From Candidatus Altimarinota bacterium (GTDB lineage: Bacteria; Patescibacteriota; Gracilibacteria; UBA1369; GCA-2718715), in NCBI GenBank assembly GCA_041242255.1, contig JBESAV010000001.1:768001-832000 (forward strand): DNA of 64,000 nt. The letters are read 5' to 3'. How positions within the stretch are numbered: the first letter of the stretch is position 1; every line of letters starts with the position of its first letter. This document shows, in pieces, positions 1-9,283 of the stretch. A model generated the notes under the pieces. It searched no databases, was not told the origin of the DNA, and saw only the letters and a list, made by a program, of their open reading frames with translations. The position numbers and the translations under genes are program-made.

Positions 1-2
1 AC

Positions 3-947
3 TACAAAACATTCATACTTATATTCCTCGGGGGTACACTTACAGTTCTTCCTATTTTTCTATACCAACTTACCTACCAGTACCTCATTAGTACTGCCAC
101 TATTCCAGACTTTGTAGGTTCAATAAAAACTTCTCTAGCAAGTAGAAATATTGCCTACTGGTCAATTCTATTCTACATATTCATAGCCCTAACAGAAGAA
201 TTTATTAAATTCTTTGTAGTAAAGAAACTAGACAAAAGAAATCCAGAACTTATCACAACAATCAACGACGCCCTAAAACTAGGTATTGCAGCAGGGCTAG
301 GTTTTGCTTTTGCAGAAAACATAAAATACTTTTCAGATTACACTAGCTTAGGAATTGGAACTTCATACAAAGGTTTAATCACACTATTTATTGGCCGAAC
401 CTTTATAACAACAGTTGGTCACACTATGTTCACATGCATATTTACTTACTACTACGGAATATCTAAATTTGCTAAAGACTTTTTAGATTTTGAAAAACTA
501 CAGGGAAAATTTGTACAACCATCTGACTACGAAAAATTCCGTAAAAAATATGTCCTAAAAGGTTTTCTAATAAGTTTAATAATACATGCTTTATTCAACT
601 TATCCTTAGAGTTACCTAAAATAGTTAATTCACCAAACATTCCACTTCAAAACCTTAAAACAATCAGCCAACTATCCGCAATTGGACTAATAGTTATGAT
701 GGTAATATATGTCTCATTCTTACTGCAAAGAAAAACAGGAAACCTCACCTTTATCTTAGCCGATAAATACAGGTCTAGCATGGCTGCTAAAGACGAAGAG
801 GTCATTTTAGAGCTTATAGGTATGTGGTACAAAGAGGGGAGATACAAAGAAGTTCAAGAAATATGTGAACGCCTACTTAAAAGAGACCCAGACAATAATG
901 TAGTTAAACTATTCAAAGCTCATGCCACTGACAAACTAGCCGAGTAA
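3..947 (+). CDS. prsW: PrsW-family glutamic intramembrane protease with C-terminal TPR-like helices (5' truncated by window edge)
   Basis: The frame of ORF 426..947 stays open back to base 3 and encodes IALTEEFIKF, GLGFAFAENIKYF, the HTMF His motif and IHALFN, the PrsW signatures. Confidence 0.8.
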   Translation, partial: YKTFILIFLGGTLTVLPIFLYQLTYQYLISTATIPDFVGSIKTSLASRNIAYWSILFYIFIALTEEFIKFFVVKKLDKRNPELITTINDALKLGIAAGLGFAFAENIKYFSDYTSLGIGTSYKGLITLFIGRTFITTVGHTMFTCIFTYYYGISKFAKDFLDFEKLQGKFVQPSDYEKFRKKYVLKGFLISLIIHALFNLSLELPKIVNSPNIPLQNLKTISQLSAIGLIVMMVIYVSFLLQRKTGNLTFILADKYRSSMAAKDEEVILELIGMWYKEGRYKEVQEICERLLKRDPDNNVVKLFKAHATDKLAE

Positions 948-998
948 CCGCTTGCAAATCTAAAACTATCCACTAGTATTTAAGAAAATAAGTGGATT

Positions 999-2105
999 AT
1001 GAAAGTTGCATTAGTTACAGATTGGCTTACATCAAGGGGGGGAGCAGAGGAGGTAGTTTTAGATATGTTAGAAGTTTACCCTGATGCTCATATATATACA
1101 TCAGTTTTTAAACCTAAAAACTTTCCAGAACTTAAAGACAAAAAAGTTATAACATCTTTTATACAAAAACTCCCACTACTCAATCGCAAACATCAAATAG
1201 CTATATCTTTAATGCCTTTAGCTTTTGAAAATTTTGACCTTTCTTCATACGACATGATTATTTCTTCAAGCGTTGCCTGTTCTAAAGGAGTAATTACCAA
1301 ACCAGAAACTCTACATGTTTCTTATTGCCATACTCCCATGAGATTCGTATGGAATGATTGTCATAACTATATTAAAAACTTCCCACTTCCAAATTTCATC
1401 AAAAAACTAGCCACAAACCAATTGCATAAACTAAGAATGTGGGACTACCTTGCAAGCCAAAGAGTTGATCAGTTTTTTGCTAATTCTGAAAATGTAAGAA
1501 AAAGAATAAAAAAATATTATAAGCAGGATTCAATAGTAATTCATCCAGGTACAAAAATCTCTTCAAAAAATCACCCTAAGCCAAAAGAATCTAATTACTA
1601 TATTGCAGTTGGTAGATTAATCTCATACAAAAGGTTTGATCTAATCATAAAAGCCTTTAATCAAAACAAGAAAAACCTAATCATTATAGGAGATGGAAAT
1701 ATGACAAAAAAACTCCATAAACTAAACACCAATCCCAATACTAAATTCCTAGGCTTTGTTGATAACGAAACTAAAAACCAATACCTACAGCACGCAAATG
1801 CTTTAATCTTCCCTCAAGAAGAAGATTTCGGAATAACTCCACTAGAAGCCCAATCATTTGGAACTCCTGTTATAGCCCTCGATAAAGGTGGCGCTAAAGA
1901 AACTGTCTCAGATCAAACTGGTGTCTTTTTTCAAAACCAAACAACACAAGATTTAAACCAAGCCATTCAAGAATTTGAAGTGAGGAAATTCAACAAAAAT
2001 ATTATCAAGGAACACGCAAAAACTTTCTCCAAGCAAATCTTTCAAAACAAACTAAAATCAAATCTAGAAAAAGCTTATGCCAAACACAAAAAAGAAATGG
2101 CATAA
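999..2105 (+). CDS. Glycosyltransferase family 4 (GT-B)
   Basis: MKVALVTDWL..GGAE N-terminus; YCHTPMR; EDFGITPLEA (E-x7-E) motif. Confidence 0.92.
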   Translation: MKVALVTDWLTSRGGAEEVVLDMLEVYPDAHIYTSVFKPKNFPELKDKKVITSFIQKLPLLNRKHQIAISLMPLAFENFDLSSYDMIISSSVACSKGVITKPETLHVSYCHTPMRFVWNDCHNYIKNFPLPNFIKKLATNQLHKLRMWDYLASQRVDQFFANSENVRKRIKKYYKQDSIVIHPGTKISSKNHPKPKESNYYIAVGRLISYKRFDLIIKAFNQNKKNLIIIGDGNMTKKLHKLNTNPNTKFLGFVDNETKNQYLQHANALIFPQEEDFGITPLEAQSFGTPVIALDKGGAKETVSDQTGVFFQNQTTQDLNQAIQEFEVRKFNKNIIKEHAKTFSKQIFQNKLKSNLEKAYAKHKKEMA

Positions 2106-3132
2106 GAATCATCTAGTCATTGATCTTAGAGCACTCCAAGACTTCAAACATAACGGCGTTACAAAATCATCTTACTACTGGATAAACGAGCTTATAAAAC
2201 AATCAAAGTCAGATGAACCTATAACCCTTTGGACAAACTCAAAAGATCACAAAGAATTACCACAACATTGGCTTACAAAAAAGAATGTAAACCACATACA
2301 TACATGCTATGGAAACTTTATCTTAAGCATCTTGTGGTATTTAAATCTTGGGCCAAAATTATCAAAAATCCTAAAACTGAATTCAAAATTCATCTTGTTT
2401 TCACCTGACATTAGACCAAGACCACATGATAACTACCTCAAAACAATTCAATACTTTCACGACATTGCATTTTTGAAATTTCCAAATCAATTTTCCCTCA
2501 AATCCAGATTATTATTTTTTTTAAGCAAACCTAAAAAACTTTTCTTCGAATCAGATTTAATACTCACAAATTCAAAATTTACTAAATCAGAACTAACAAA
2601 TCACTTCAATGAATCAAAAAAAATTAAAATTATTCACCCAACTTTACCAAAGAAACTTCCAACAAAAACAACTAAACTCCCGTTCCAAAATTACTATCTC
2701 TCTATTTCAACAATTCAAAAAAGAAAAGACTTCAAGTCATTAATTCAAAAATTCACAAACAGCAACCAAAACTTATTAATCATTGGACAAGTAGATGCGA
2801 CGTTCACCAAAACAAAATTACAAAAATCTAACAATATAAAAATACTGTCCAATATATCTGATAAAGAAAAACACTTCTTAATACGAAACTCTATTGCCAC
2901 AATTTACCCCAGCAACTACGAAGGTTTTGGTCTCCCAATACTGGAAAGCATTAGACTAAAAAAAGAAGTTTACTGCAAAGCAATCCCACCTTTCAAATCA
3001 TTATTCAAGAACCAAACTACAGATCTATCACAACTCTTCAAAATTAAACCAAAAGAAATTTCTAAACCAAACTTATTCCCATTGAAAAAAGAAATACGAA
3101 AACTAAAAAGAAACATCTACAACCTTGACTAA
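2077..3132 (+). CDS. Glycosyltransferase family 4 (divergent)
   Basis: FHDIAF, RKD and YPSNYEGFGLPILES motifs; overlaps upstream GT4. Confidence 0.82.
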   Translation: MPNTKKKWHKNHLVIDLRALQDFKHNGVTKSSYYWINELIKQSKSDEPITLWTNSKDHKELPQHWLTKKNVNHIHTCYGNFILSILWYLNLGPKLSKILKLNSKFILFSPDIRPRPHDNYLKTIQYFHDIAFLKFPNQFSLKSRLLFFLSKPKKLFFESDLILTNSKFTKSELTNHFNESKKIKIIHPTLPKKLPTKTTKLPFQNYYLSISTIQKRKDFKSLIQKFTNSNQNLLIIGQVDATFTKTKLQKSNNIKILSNISDKEKHFLIRNSIATIYPSNYEGFGLPILESIRLKKEVYCKAIPPFKSLFKNQTTDLSQLFKIKPKEISKPNLFPLKKEIRKLKRNIYNLD

Positions 3133-3176
3133 AGTCGTCAAACCACATATAGTTTCCTCTTAATTTAATAGAATAA

Positions 3177-5336
3177 ATGTTTAAAAAATTCAAAACACAA
3201 ATCGCCACCCTAACGTCACTAGCCATAATCCTAGTTCCTTCATTAATCATGGCCAGTCCTTTTAGCTCGGACAGCAGTTTGGAAGTTTTCCCATACAACC
3301 AAACTCTAACTTTCGAAACAACAACCAACACAAAAGCAACACAAGCTTTTAGTATTAAAAACACATCAGATAGAGAAAAAACTATTTACGTTCAACAATA
3401 TCCAAAAAATGGTTTCCAATACCTTGGGTCTTCTTACATAGTCATACCTGCAAACTCAAGTTCATACATATCAGTTAACTTCAAATCTGCAGAAACTGGA
3501 AATTTTGATTCTATTATGAGAATCCAACATAACGACACAAAAGAAACAAAAAATATAAATCTATCAGCAACAGTTTACTCTAACACTAACAATAACGGAG
3601 TATCAGTATCAGAAACCAGCATAAATTTTGGAGAAAAAACCTCAGGAAGCAACTCAACAACAGACATCCAAATTAGAAATAACAATTCATTTCCAATCAA
3701 CATCTCGACAAGCCAACTTAAACAACCTTTCCGAGTAATCTCTCATCCTACTAAACTAGACGCTTACCAAACTGGAATAATAACAGTAGAATTTTCACCT
3801 GAAAACAAAGGTAGCTTTAGTCAAAACTTTACAGTTAACACATCTGATCCATCTCGAAATACTATCAACATGATAGTTAAAGGCTCATCAAATTCAGATA
3901 ACAATACTTCCGAAAGCAAAGAGGGAAGTCTAAATTTATCTTCCAATAGAGTTATCTTCAATCAAACATCAAGCAACTCAAGTACAAGCAAAAAAGTAAC
4001 TATAAGCAATCCAAACTCATTTGATGTAGAAGTTAAACTTCCATCAAATATACAAAAACCATTCACAGCCAAACTTCAAAATGCAACTGGTCGCACCACA
4101 GTTATAAAAGCCAGATCATCTAAAACATTAACTGTTACCTTCCAACCAACTCAAAACCAATACTACGAACAAGATATTATTCTATCCACCGATCTAAAAA
4201 ACAACAAAACTTACGAGATACAAGTACAGGCTAATTCTAGATATAGAAATGATAACCCTAATCAGCCAAACCCTCCAATCCCATACAATCCAAATCCTCA
4301 AAGTCCATACACTTCATTAGAGGTAACTCGAAATAACCTAAATCCAGATCTAAATCAGATTGCATATTTCAATTTTAATTTTGGTCAAGAATTCCAAACA
4401 CAAAATTCAGCAACACTATCTATTAAAGATACAAAAAACAATCAAACTATATATTCTCAATCCGCAAATAATCTTCCAAATGGTAGAAATAACTGGAAAC
4501 TATCTTGGAATGGTAAAAACTATAATAGTAATAGTGTTTTAGAAGGCAACTACGAATATACAGTCACACTATCTTCACGAAGTGGATATCAAAAAAACTA
4601 CCAAGGTTCTATCAACGTAGTTCGAAATCCTTCTCACATGCCAGTTAACATAACCTCAAATGTCATCCAAGACAAAAAGTGTCTTAGCTACACTGATGTA
4701 AAATATGATTCAAATCTATGTGATGCAATTATATTTGCCGATGACCAAAACCTATTAAAAAATAATCAAACAATATTCACTAAAGATAAAGAGGTTACTA
4801 GAGCCCAAGCTCTCTCATCTTTAGTAAAACTATTTGATTTAAAAATGCAAAAATACAATCCAAACATTGATGGTTCATTAGGGTTTACAGATATAGAATC
4901 AAATAATTGGATTCTTCCATTCATAAAAACTATACAATTCTATGACAAGGATAATATGATCCTATCAGGATATGAAAACAAAGACCTAGAAAAAGAATTT
5001 AGACCTGAACAAATCATAACAAGAGGAGAGCTTTATAAATTATTCTTCGAGATAGCCAACCTAGAAACCCAAGCGAAAAACAATTATTTAATGGACTACT
5101 ACCTAACCCAGAGGCCATTCCAGGATACAGCTGTAGACTCAAACTATGATTGGTACACACCATATGCAGGACTTGCACTAGAGCAGCTAAACAATAGTAA
5201 CTTCACTAAAAAATACTTTGGATCGTTTAGTATCAATCCATATACTAAGTTCTGCGCCCATCAAGAGGTAGACAAAGAAGAGTTCTTCGAACTTATATAC
5301 GAAGCACACAAAACAAGAACAATACGATTCAACTAG
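3177..5336 (+). CDS. Secreted surface protein: three ASH/choice-of-anchor-D Ig-like domains, Pro/Asn linker, FlgD-type Ig domain, C-terminal SLH-like domains
   Basis: Signal peptide; repeated INFG/VIFN..I.N...F.P..G.F pattern; WNGKN...EGNYEYTV; VTRAQAL, GFTDI..NW, FRPEQIITRGE. Confidence 0.75.
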   Translation: MFKKFKTQIATLTSLAIILVPSLIMASPFSSDSSLEVFPYNQTLTFETTTNTKATQAFSIKNTSDREKTIYVQQYPKNGFQYLGSSYIVIPANSSSYISVNFKSAETGNFDSIMRIQHNDTKETKNINLSATVYSNTNNNGVSVSETSINFGEKTSGSNSTTDIQIRNNNSFPINISTSQLKQPFRVISHPTKLDAYQTGIITVEFSPENKGSFSQNFTVNTSDPSRNTINMIVKGSSNSDNNTSESKEGSLNLSSNRVIFNQTSSNSSTSKKVTISNPNSFDVEVKLPSNIQKPFTAKLQNATGRTTVIKARSSKTLTVTFQPTQNQYYEQDIILSTDLKNNKTYEIQVQANSRYRNDNPNQPNPPIPYNPNPQSPYTSLEVTRNNLNPDLNQIAYFNFNFGQEFQTQNSATLSIKDTKNNQTIYSQSANNLPNGRNNWKLSWNGKNYNSNSVLEGNYEYTVTLSSRSGYQKNYQGSINVVRNPSHMPVNITSNVIQDKKCLSYTDVKYDSNLCDAIIFADDQNLLKNNQTIFTKDKEVTRAQALSSLVKLFDLKMQKYNPNIDGSLGFTDIESNNWILPFIKTIQFYDKDNMILSGYENKDLEKEFRPEQIITRGELYKLFFEIANLETQAKNNYLMDYYLTQRPFQDTAVDSNYDWYTPYAGLALEQLNNSNFTKKYFGSFSINPYTKFCAHQEVDKEEFFELIYEAHKTRTIRFN

Positions 5337-5341
5337 ATTCC

Positions 5342-5369
5342 AAAGCCTACTTACTTAGTAGGCTTTTTT
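5342..5369 (+). terminator. Intrinsic terminator after the surface-protein gene, overlapping the der stop codon
   Basis: aaagcctact-tactt-agtaggcttt perfect stem followed by a T run. Confidence 0.75.
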
Positions 5370-6676
5370 CTTTTTTTACTATCTTTGTATTTCACACTTA
5401 TTGCTGTTCCGTTAAAACCAAACTTTTCTCGGATCTTATTTTCGATATACCTTTGATATGAAAAGTGTAGATCATCAGCTCCTTTAGCAAATACCAAAAA
5501 TGTAGGTGGTTCAATATCAACTTGCTCAGCAAACTTAAATCTTACACCTTCACCTGGATAATGCTCTTGAAAAACATTCTCCATAAAGTAATTCAAATCT
5601 CTAGTAGGCACCTTAACCTGTCTTTCTTTTTTAATGTTAGCAGATATCTCCAAAATCTTTTCAGTATTTTTACCTGAAAGAGCTGAAGTGAAAATCACAG
5701 GTGCAAAGTATGCAAAAGGCATCTTTTTATGCAATTGATACATAATTCTATTTTTCTCCTCTGGTTTCACTAAGTCAGCTTTATTTAAAACAATAATTAA
5801 ACCTTTCTTAGCCTCCAATACATACTGTGCAACTCTCAAGTCTTGCTTCTTCAAAGGCTCACTACAATCCATTGTCAGAACACCAATATCGGCTTCCTCA
5901 AGAGACTGTAAACTTCTAATCACACTGTATTTCTCTATCTTTGAGAACCTTAACTTACCACGCTTTCTAATACCTGCAGTATCTATTAGCACGTAGTCAT
6001 TATCCTCGTACTTGAATGGCATGTAAACTGAGTCTCTAGTGGTACCAGAAACATCTGAAACTAAAACCTTATCTTCACCAAACAAACTATTCATCAAAGA
6101 TGATTTACCTACATTAGGTCGTCCAATAAAACAAAGTTTGGTTGCAGAATCGTATTCATGATCAACCTCATACTCAAAACTATCAACTAAATCTTCAAGC
6201 CTATACCATAGATCTTCTAAACCTTTCTTATGTATAGCTGAAACTTTAGCAAAATCATCAAATCCTAAACGATGCATTTCATGTATATACTCTTCAGAAA
6301 GCTGGTTATCTATTTTAGTACCAACTAAAATAACCTTCTTACCAGACTTTCTTAGTATATTTGCAACTTCTTGATCATCAGAACTAAGTGGCTTAGTAGA
6401 ATCAACTACAAACATGATTGCATCCGCTTCTTCAATCGCTACGAGACTTTGTCTTTTAATGTCAAAATCAATACTATCCTTATCAGAGGAAAAGTCTAAA
6501 CCACCAGTATCTACTAAAAGAAATTTCTTCCCACGAAGCTCCATATTCTCAAAAACTCTATCTCTAGTAGTACCAGCCTCATCAAATGTAATAGATTTCT
6601 TTTTTCCGATAAGTCTATTAAACAATGTTGATTTTCCAGTATTTGGTTTCCCAACAATCGCTATAATTGGTAACAT
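5351..6676 (-). CDS. der: Ribosome biogenesis GTPase Der/EngA
   Basis: Two G-domains (GKPNTGKS/DTGG and GRPNVGKS/DTAG/NKAD) plus KH-like C-terminus. Confidence 0.97.
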   Translation of the reverse strand: MLPIIAIVGKPNTGKSTLFNRLIGKKKSITFDEAGTTRDRVFENMELRGKKFLLVDTGGLDFSSDKDSIDFDIKRQSLVAIEEADAIMFVVDSTKPLSSDDQEVANILRKSGKKVILVGTKIDNQLSEEYIHEMHRLGFDDFAKVSAIHKKGLEDLWYRLEDLVDSFEYEVDHEYDSATKLCFIGRPNVGKSSLMNSLFGEDKVLVSDVSGTTRDSVYMPFKYEDNDYVLIDTAGIRKRGKLRFSKIEKYSVIRSLQSLEEADIGVLTMDCSEPLKKQDLRVAQYVLEAKKGLIIVLNKADLVKPEEKNRIMYQLHKKMPFAYFAPVIFTSALSGKNTEKILEISANIKKERQVKVPTRDLNYFMENVFQEHYPGEGVRFKFAEQVDIEPPTFLVFAKGADDLHFSYQRYIENKIREKFGFNGTAISVKYKDSKKRKKPTK

Positions 6677-6762
6677 ATAAGTAACATTTATTTCCCTAAC
6701 TATAACACATTTTTTCTAAATTGCTACCCATATACATGTGTTATGATTAATGCTATAATAAT

Positions 6763-7341
6763 ATGATAAAAAATCATATGAAAAAACTTTTATTTGCAAT
6801 CCTTGCCACGATATTTATCTCCATACCTGCACATGCACAGGGGATAAGCATTATACCTGAAGTAAATGAAGACTTCAGAAGCAACTACAGCTGTACTATA
6901 ATCATGAAAGAATTTGAACAGTTATACGATTTTAGAATAGGTGGCGACCCAACCTCTAACCAAAGGTTTAAATGTGCTACTGACTACCTTGGCAGATACC
7001 TGCAAAACCCATCCAGCACAACCTACACATGCCCATCAGATGTCGATAACCCACAATTCACAGAAAACGACATATTAGGATGTAGTATTATCACAGGAAG
7101 GATCCGTTTCGCCTACGTACCACGATTCATAGTTTACTCTCTTGAGCTACTGACAATCCTAAGTGGAGTCTTATCCCTTTTATTTGTAATACTAGGCGGA
7201 TACTACTATCTTATTAACAGTTTTTCCGGTTCAGACACTGACAAAGGTAAATCTTACATCAAGAATGCCATCACAGGTCTTATCTTAAGTATGTCGGCCT
7301 GGGCTATAATAAATCTTATTCAATTATTCTTTACTTCTTAA
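6763..7341 (+). CDS. CPR-type pilin-like membrane protein (TrbC/VirB2-like C-terminus)
   Basis: Signal peptide, Cys-containing loop, then LLFVILGGYYYL...KGKSYIKNAITGLIL..SAWAIIN helical hairpin. Confidence 0.65.
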   Translation: MIKNHMKKLLFAILATIFISIPAHAQGISIIPEVNEDFRSNYSCTIIMKEFEQLYDFRIGGDPTSNQRFKCATDYLGRYLQNPSSTTYTCPSDVDNPQFTENDILGCSIITGRIRFAYVPRFIVYSLELLTILSGVLSLLFVILGGYYYLINSFSGSDTDKGKSYIKNAITGLILSMSAWAIINLIQLFFTS

Positions 7342-7342
7342 A

Positions 7343-8557
7343 ATGGTAATAAAAAAAATCAAAAGAGCAGCAAAAGTTGCCAAAAAAAAATACAACGAGA
7401 TTATTCTCGAAGCTCAAAACACAAACAATGAACCAGTTGAACAAGTTTCACTTCCTACTGAAGAAGTGAACCAAAAACAGCAATTCTTCTTCTCGATATC
7501 AAACATTACCAAAGTTCTAATAGTTGCCCTCTTACTTATCGTTTTCAAAGACTTTTTAGCTGAAATAAGCGATGTGATCATTTTATTTTTAGTATCATTA
7601 CTTTTTGCAGCAGCCTTAGATCCAACAGTCGATAAACTTGAAGAGTACAAGATACCTAGAGGAATTTCGGCAGGTTTGATCATGCTATTGCTTATCACTA
7701 TTTTGTGCTTATTCATTTACAGTATGATACCTTTGCTTTCCGACCAACTCTTAGATCTAGGTAGTAAGATCGGCTTGTTGTTTGAAAATCTAGCAACGGG
7801 AAACTTAAGAGTTCCAGCCTTCATTCAGCCTTTCGTAAATGAAATAGGAGCGGAATTAGAAGGAGTTAATTTCAGCCAAACAATTCAAACCCAACTTCTA
7901 AACTATAGCCGAGAACTTAGCGGACTAGCTGGAAACTTCTTTGAAACATTAAAGAGTATCTCTAGTGGTTTAAGTAACTTCCTACTTGTACTTGTACTTA
8001 CTTATTTCATGACAGTGGAAGAACAAGAAATAGATAAATTCATTTTAAGAATCTCTCCAAACAAATACGGAACATACATCACTACTAAAATTAATAGCAT
8101 CAAACAAAAAGTAGGGGACTGGCTAAGAGGTCAAATCATACTCATGGTAGTAGTTGGAGCATTTACTTACTTAGGACTGCTTATATTAGGAACAGATTAT
8201 GCTTTCACTCTTGCTTTAATCGCAGGTGTAACCGAACTAATCCCAGTAGTTGGACCGTGGATAGGTTTAATTGCTGCAATCCCAGTTGCAATCAATCAAG
8301 GGGGGAGCATGTTACTTTGGGTAACTATTCTTTACTTTGTAATTCAAAGGCTTGAAAACAATCTTTTCGTACCAATCATTATGAAAAAAGCCACAGGCCT
8401 AAATCCAGTAGTAGTTATACTTGCCATGTTAATTGGTAATAAATTCTTAGGATTCGTGGGTATAATTATCTCCATACCTCTTACCGCCATCCTAAGCATC
8501 TTCCTAGAAGACATATTAACTAAAAAAGAACAAACTGAAGTTATAGATTCTCCTTAA
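7343..8557 (+). CDS. AI-2E/PerM family transporter
   Basis: AAALDPTVDKLE, WLRGQ, ELIPVVGP, IQRLENNLFVP, GLNP motifs; multiple TM segments. Confidence 0.92.
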   Translation: MVIKKIKRAAKVAKKKYNEIILEAQNTNNEPVEQVSLPTEEVNQKQQFFFSISNITKVLIVALLLIVFKDFLAEISDVIILFLVSLLFAAALDPTVDKLEEYKIPRGISAGLIMLLLITILCLFIYSMIPLLSDQLLDLGSKIGLLFENLATGNLRVPAFIQPFVNEIGAELEGVNFSQTIQTQLLNYSRELSGLAGNFFETLKSISSGLSNFLLVLVLTYFMTVEEQEIDKFILRISPNKYGTYITTKINSIKQKVGDWLRGQIILMVVVGAFTYLGLLILGTDYAFTLALIAGVTELIPVVGPWIGLIAAIPVAINQGGSMLLWVTILYFVIQRLENNLFVPIIMKKATGLNPVVVILAMLIGNKFLGFVGIIISIPLTAILSIFLEDILTKKEQTEVIDSP

Positions 8558-9242
8558 CAAATTTCCTTATATCCCATCGAGCGTCCATATCATGACACTT
8601 TACAACTCCTTCCTCAAAGATTACACCTTTGGGGAATTTTTTTTGTACATATTTCTTGTGAGCATACAAACGTTGCAATCTACCAAGAAAAGACTCTAGT
8701 TTATCTACCAAAAAATTATCACAAACTTTTTCAAGCACCTGTATAATCTTAAATTTATCCCAATCATAAATACTTTGAGCAAATCTCAACTCATTTACAT
8801 CAACCCACTTCTCAAAGATTTCATCATCTTTATAAATCCACCAAATATTTCGCCTCCAAAGCTCTAAATAATAATCATCTTTGATCATCAAATTTGCCAT
8901 ATTCAAACTTTCCTCATCAACCATAAAACTCAAACAAAATCTACCTGAAACTTTATCACCATGGCGTCTAACTCCTAAAAGCTGAAATAAAACAACCAAA
9001 AAAACCCTAGTAATATAAAGTCTATTTGCCCTTGTAACTACAAACAAATCAATATCACTCTTCTCATCTGCCATACCAAGAGCAATACTATTACAAACAC
9101 CAATATTCTTAACGAAGGGCAACAACCTAAAAATCAATTTCATCTTTTCTAACCTTTTCAAAAAATCAATATCATAAACAACTTCAGACTTTCCAAACCA
9201 CTCTCTAACCAATCTATCTTGATCTGACATTTGTAGGTTCAT
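8541..9242 (-). CDS. Pol-beta superfamily nucleotidyltransferase-domain protein
   Basis: GVCNSIALGMADEKSDIDLFVV resembles the GS-x10-DxD motif. Confidence 0.7.
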   Translation of the reverse strand: MNLQMSDQDRLVREWFGKSEVVYDIDFLKRLEKMKLIFRLLPFVKNIGVCNSIALGMADEKSDIDLFVVTRANRLYITRVFLVVLFQLLGVRRHGDKVSGRFCLSFMVDEESLNMANLMIKDDYYLELWRRNIWWIYKDDEIFEKWVDVNELRFAQSIYDWDKFKIIQVLEKVCDNFLVDKLESFLGRLQRLYAHKKYVQKKFPKGVIFEEGVVKCHDMDARWDIRKFVKENL

Positions 9243-9283
9243 ATATCCACTTGTATAATAACAATAATAATATCACTGATTTA

